Positions 63,777 through 64,000 of a DNA stretch of 64,000 nt are shown piece after piece; position 1 is the first letter of the stretch, and every line of letters begins with the position of its first letter. A program made the translations under genes and the position numbers. A model generated the notes under the pieces. The model had not been told where the DNA came from. It saw nothing but the letters and a program-made list of their open reading frames with translations, and ran no database searches. Source of the DNA: Mobula birostris (Eukaryota); assembly GCF_030028105.1 (NCBI RefSeq), contig NC_092397.1:31277097-31341096 (forward strand), in the 5' to 3' direction.

Positions 63777-64000
63777 ATGAGTGGTGGGAAAGTGCGGGGG
63801 TTCATATCTTGGAGCAGCAGCCCCGGTTTAATGTTTCGGAGTGAAGGATTCGGTCACCGAGCTTAACGCCGAACGGCGTTGAAGTACAGACACGATGATG
63901 GAACACTGAAAAAAAATGCTGAACAGACCGTCTCTTGTTCTCGGGAAACTCTCCAGTCGCGGGCTATTTGCACACTGGACTCTCCCATATTCTAATCCCG
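63777..64000 (+). pseudogene. Possible highly decayed H2A/macroH2A-like sequence
   Basis: GTCGCCATG then MSGGKVRGFISWSSSPGLMF..RRTALKYR..ETLQ-AG, resembling [26 protein letters not shown]; CRE, GC box and TTTAAA upstream. Confidence 0.3.

Overview
Vertebrate genomic DNA, most likely a cartilaginous fish (ray/shark; inferred from the CR1, Penelope and C2H2-ZNF styles). The core is a dispersed replication-dependent histone cluster with seven intact intronless genes, each ending in a 16-nt stem-loop: H4(+), H3.2(+), H1(-), H2A(-), H2B(-), H2B(-), H4(-). It also holds relics of lost histone genes (an orphan H4 3' end, an orphan H2A promoter, an orphan H4 promoter, and possibly a very decayed H2A-like sequence at the right edge). 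The cluster lies in the spacer of a large inverted segmental duplication (left arm ~1.7-16.6 kb, right arm ~44.2-59.4 kb, ~90% identical by eye), in which the two H4 genes and promoters are ~98% identical. The rest is mostly transposon debris: CR1 LINEs (two young copies), Rex1/L2-type and I/Nimb-type LINEs, a Tc1 element, a solo LTR with its empty site in the other arm, and about ten Penelope-derived repeats carrying a minimal hammerhead-ribozyme-like core, several folded back on themselves. Also present are a CpG-rich 27-bp minisatellite, a decayed spliced C2H2 zinc-finger gene apparently sharing an H2B promoter, and a CpG-island promoter near 60.6 kb. All identities are eyeball estimates; no searches were run.
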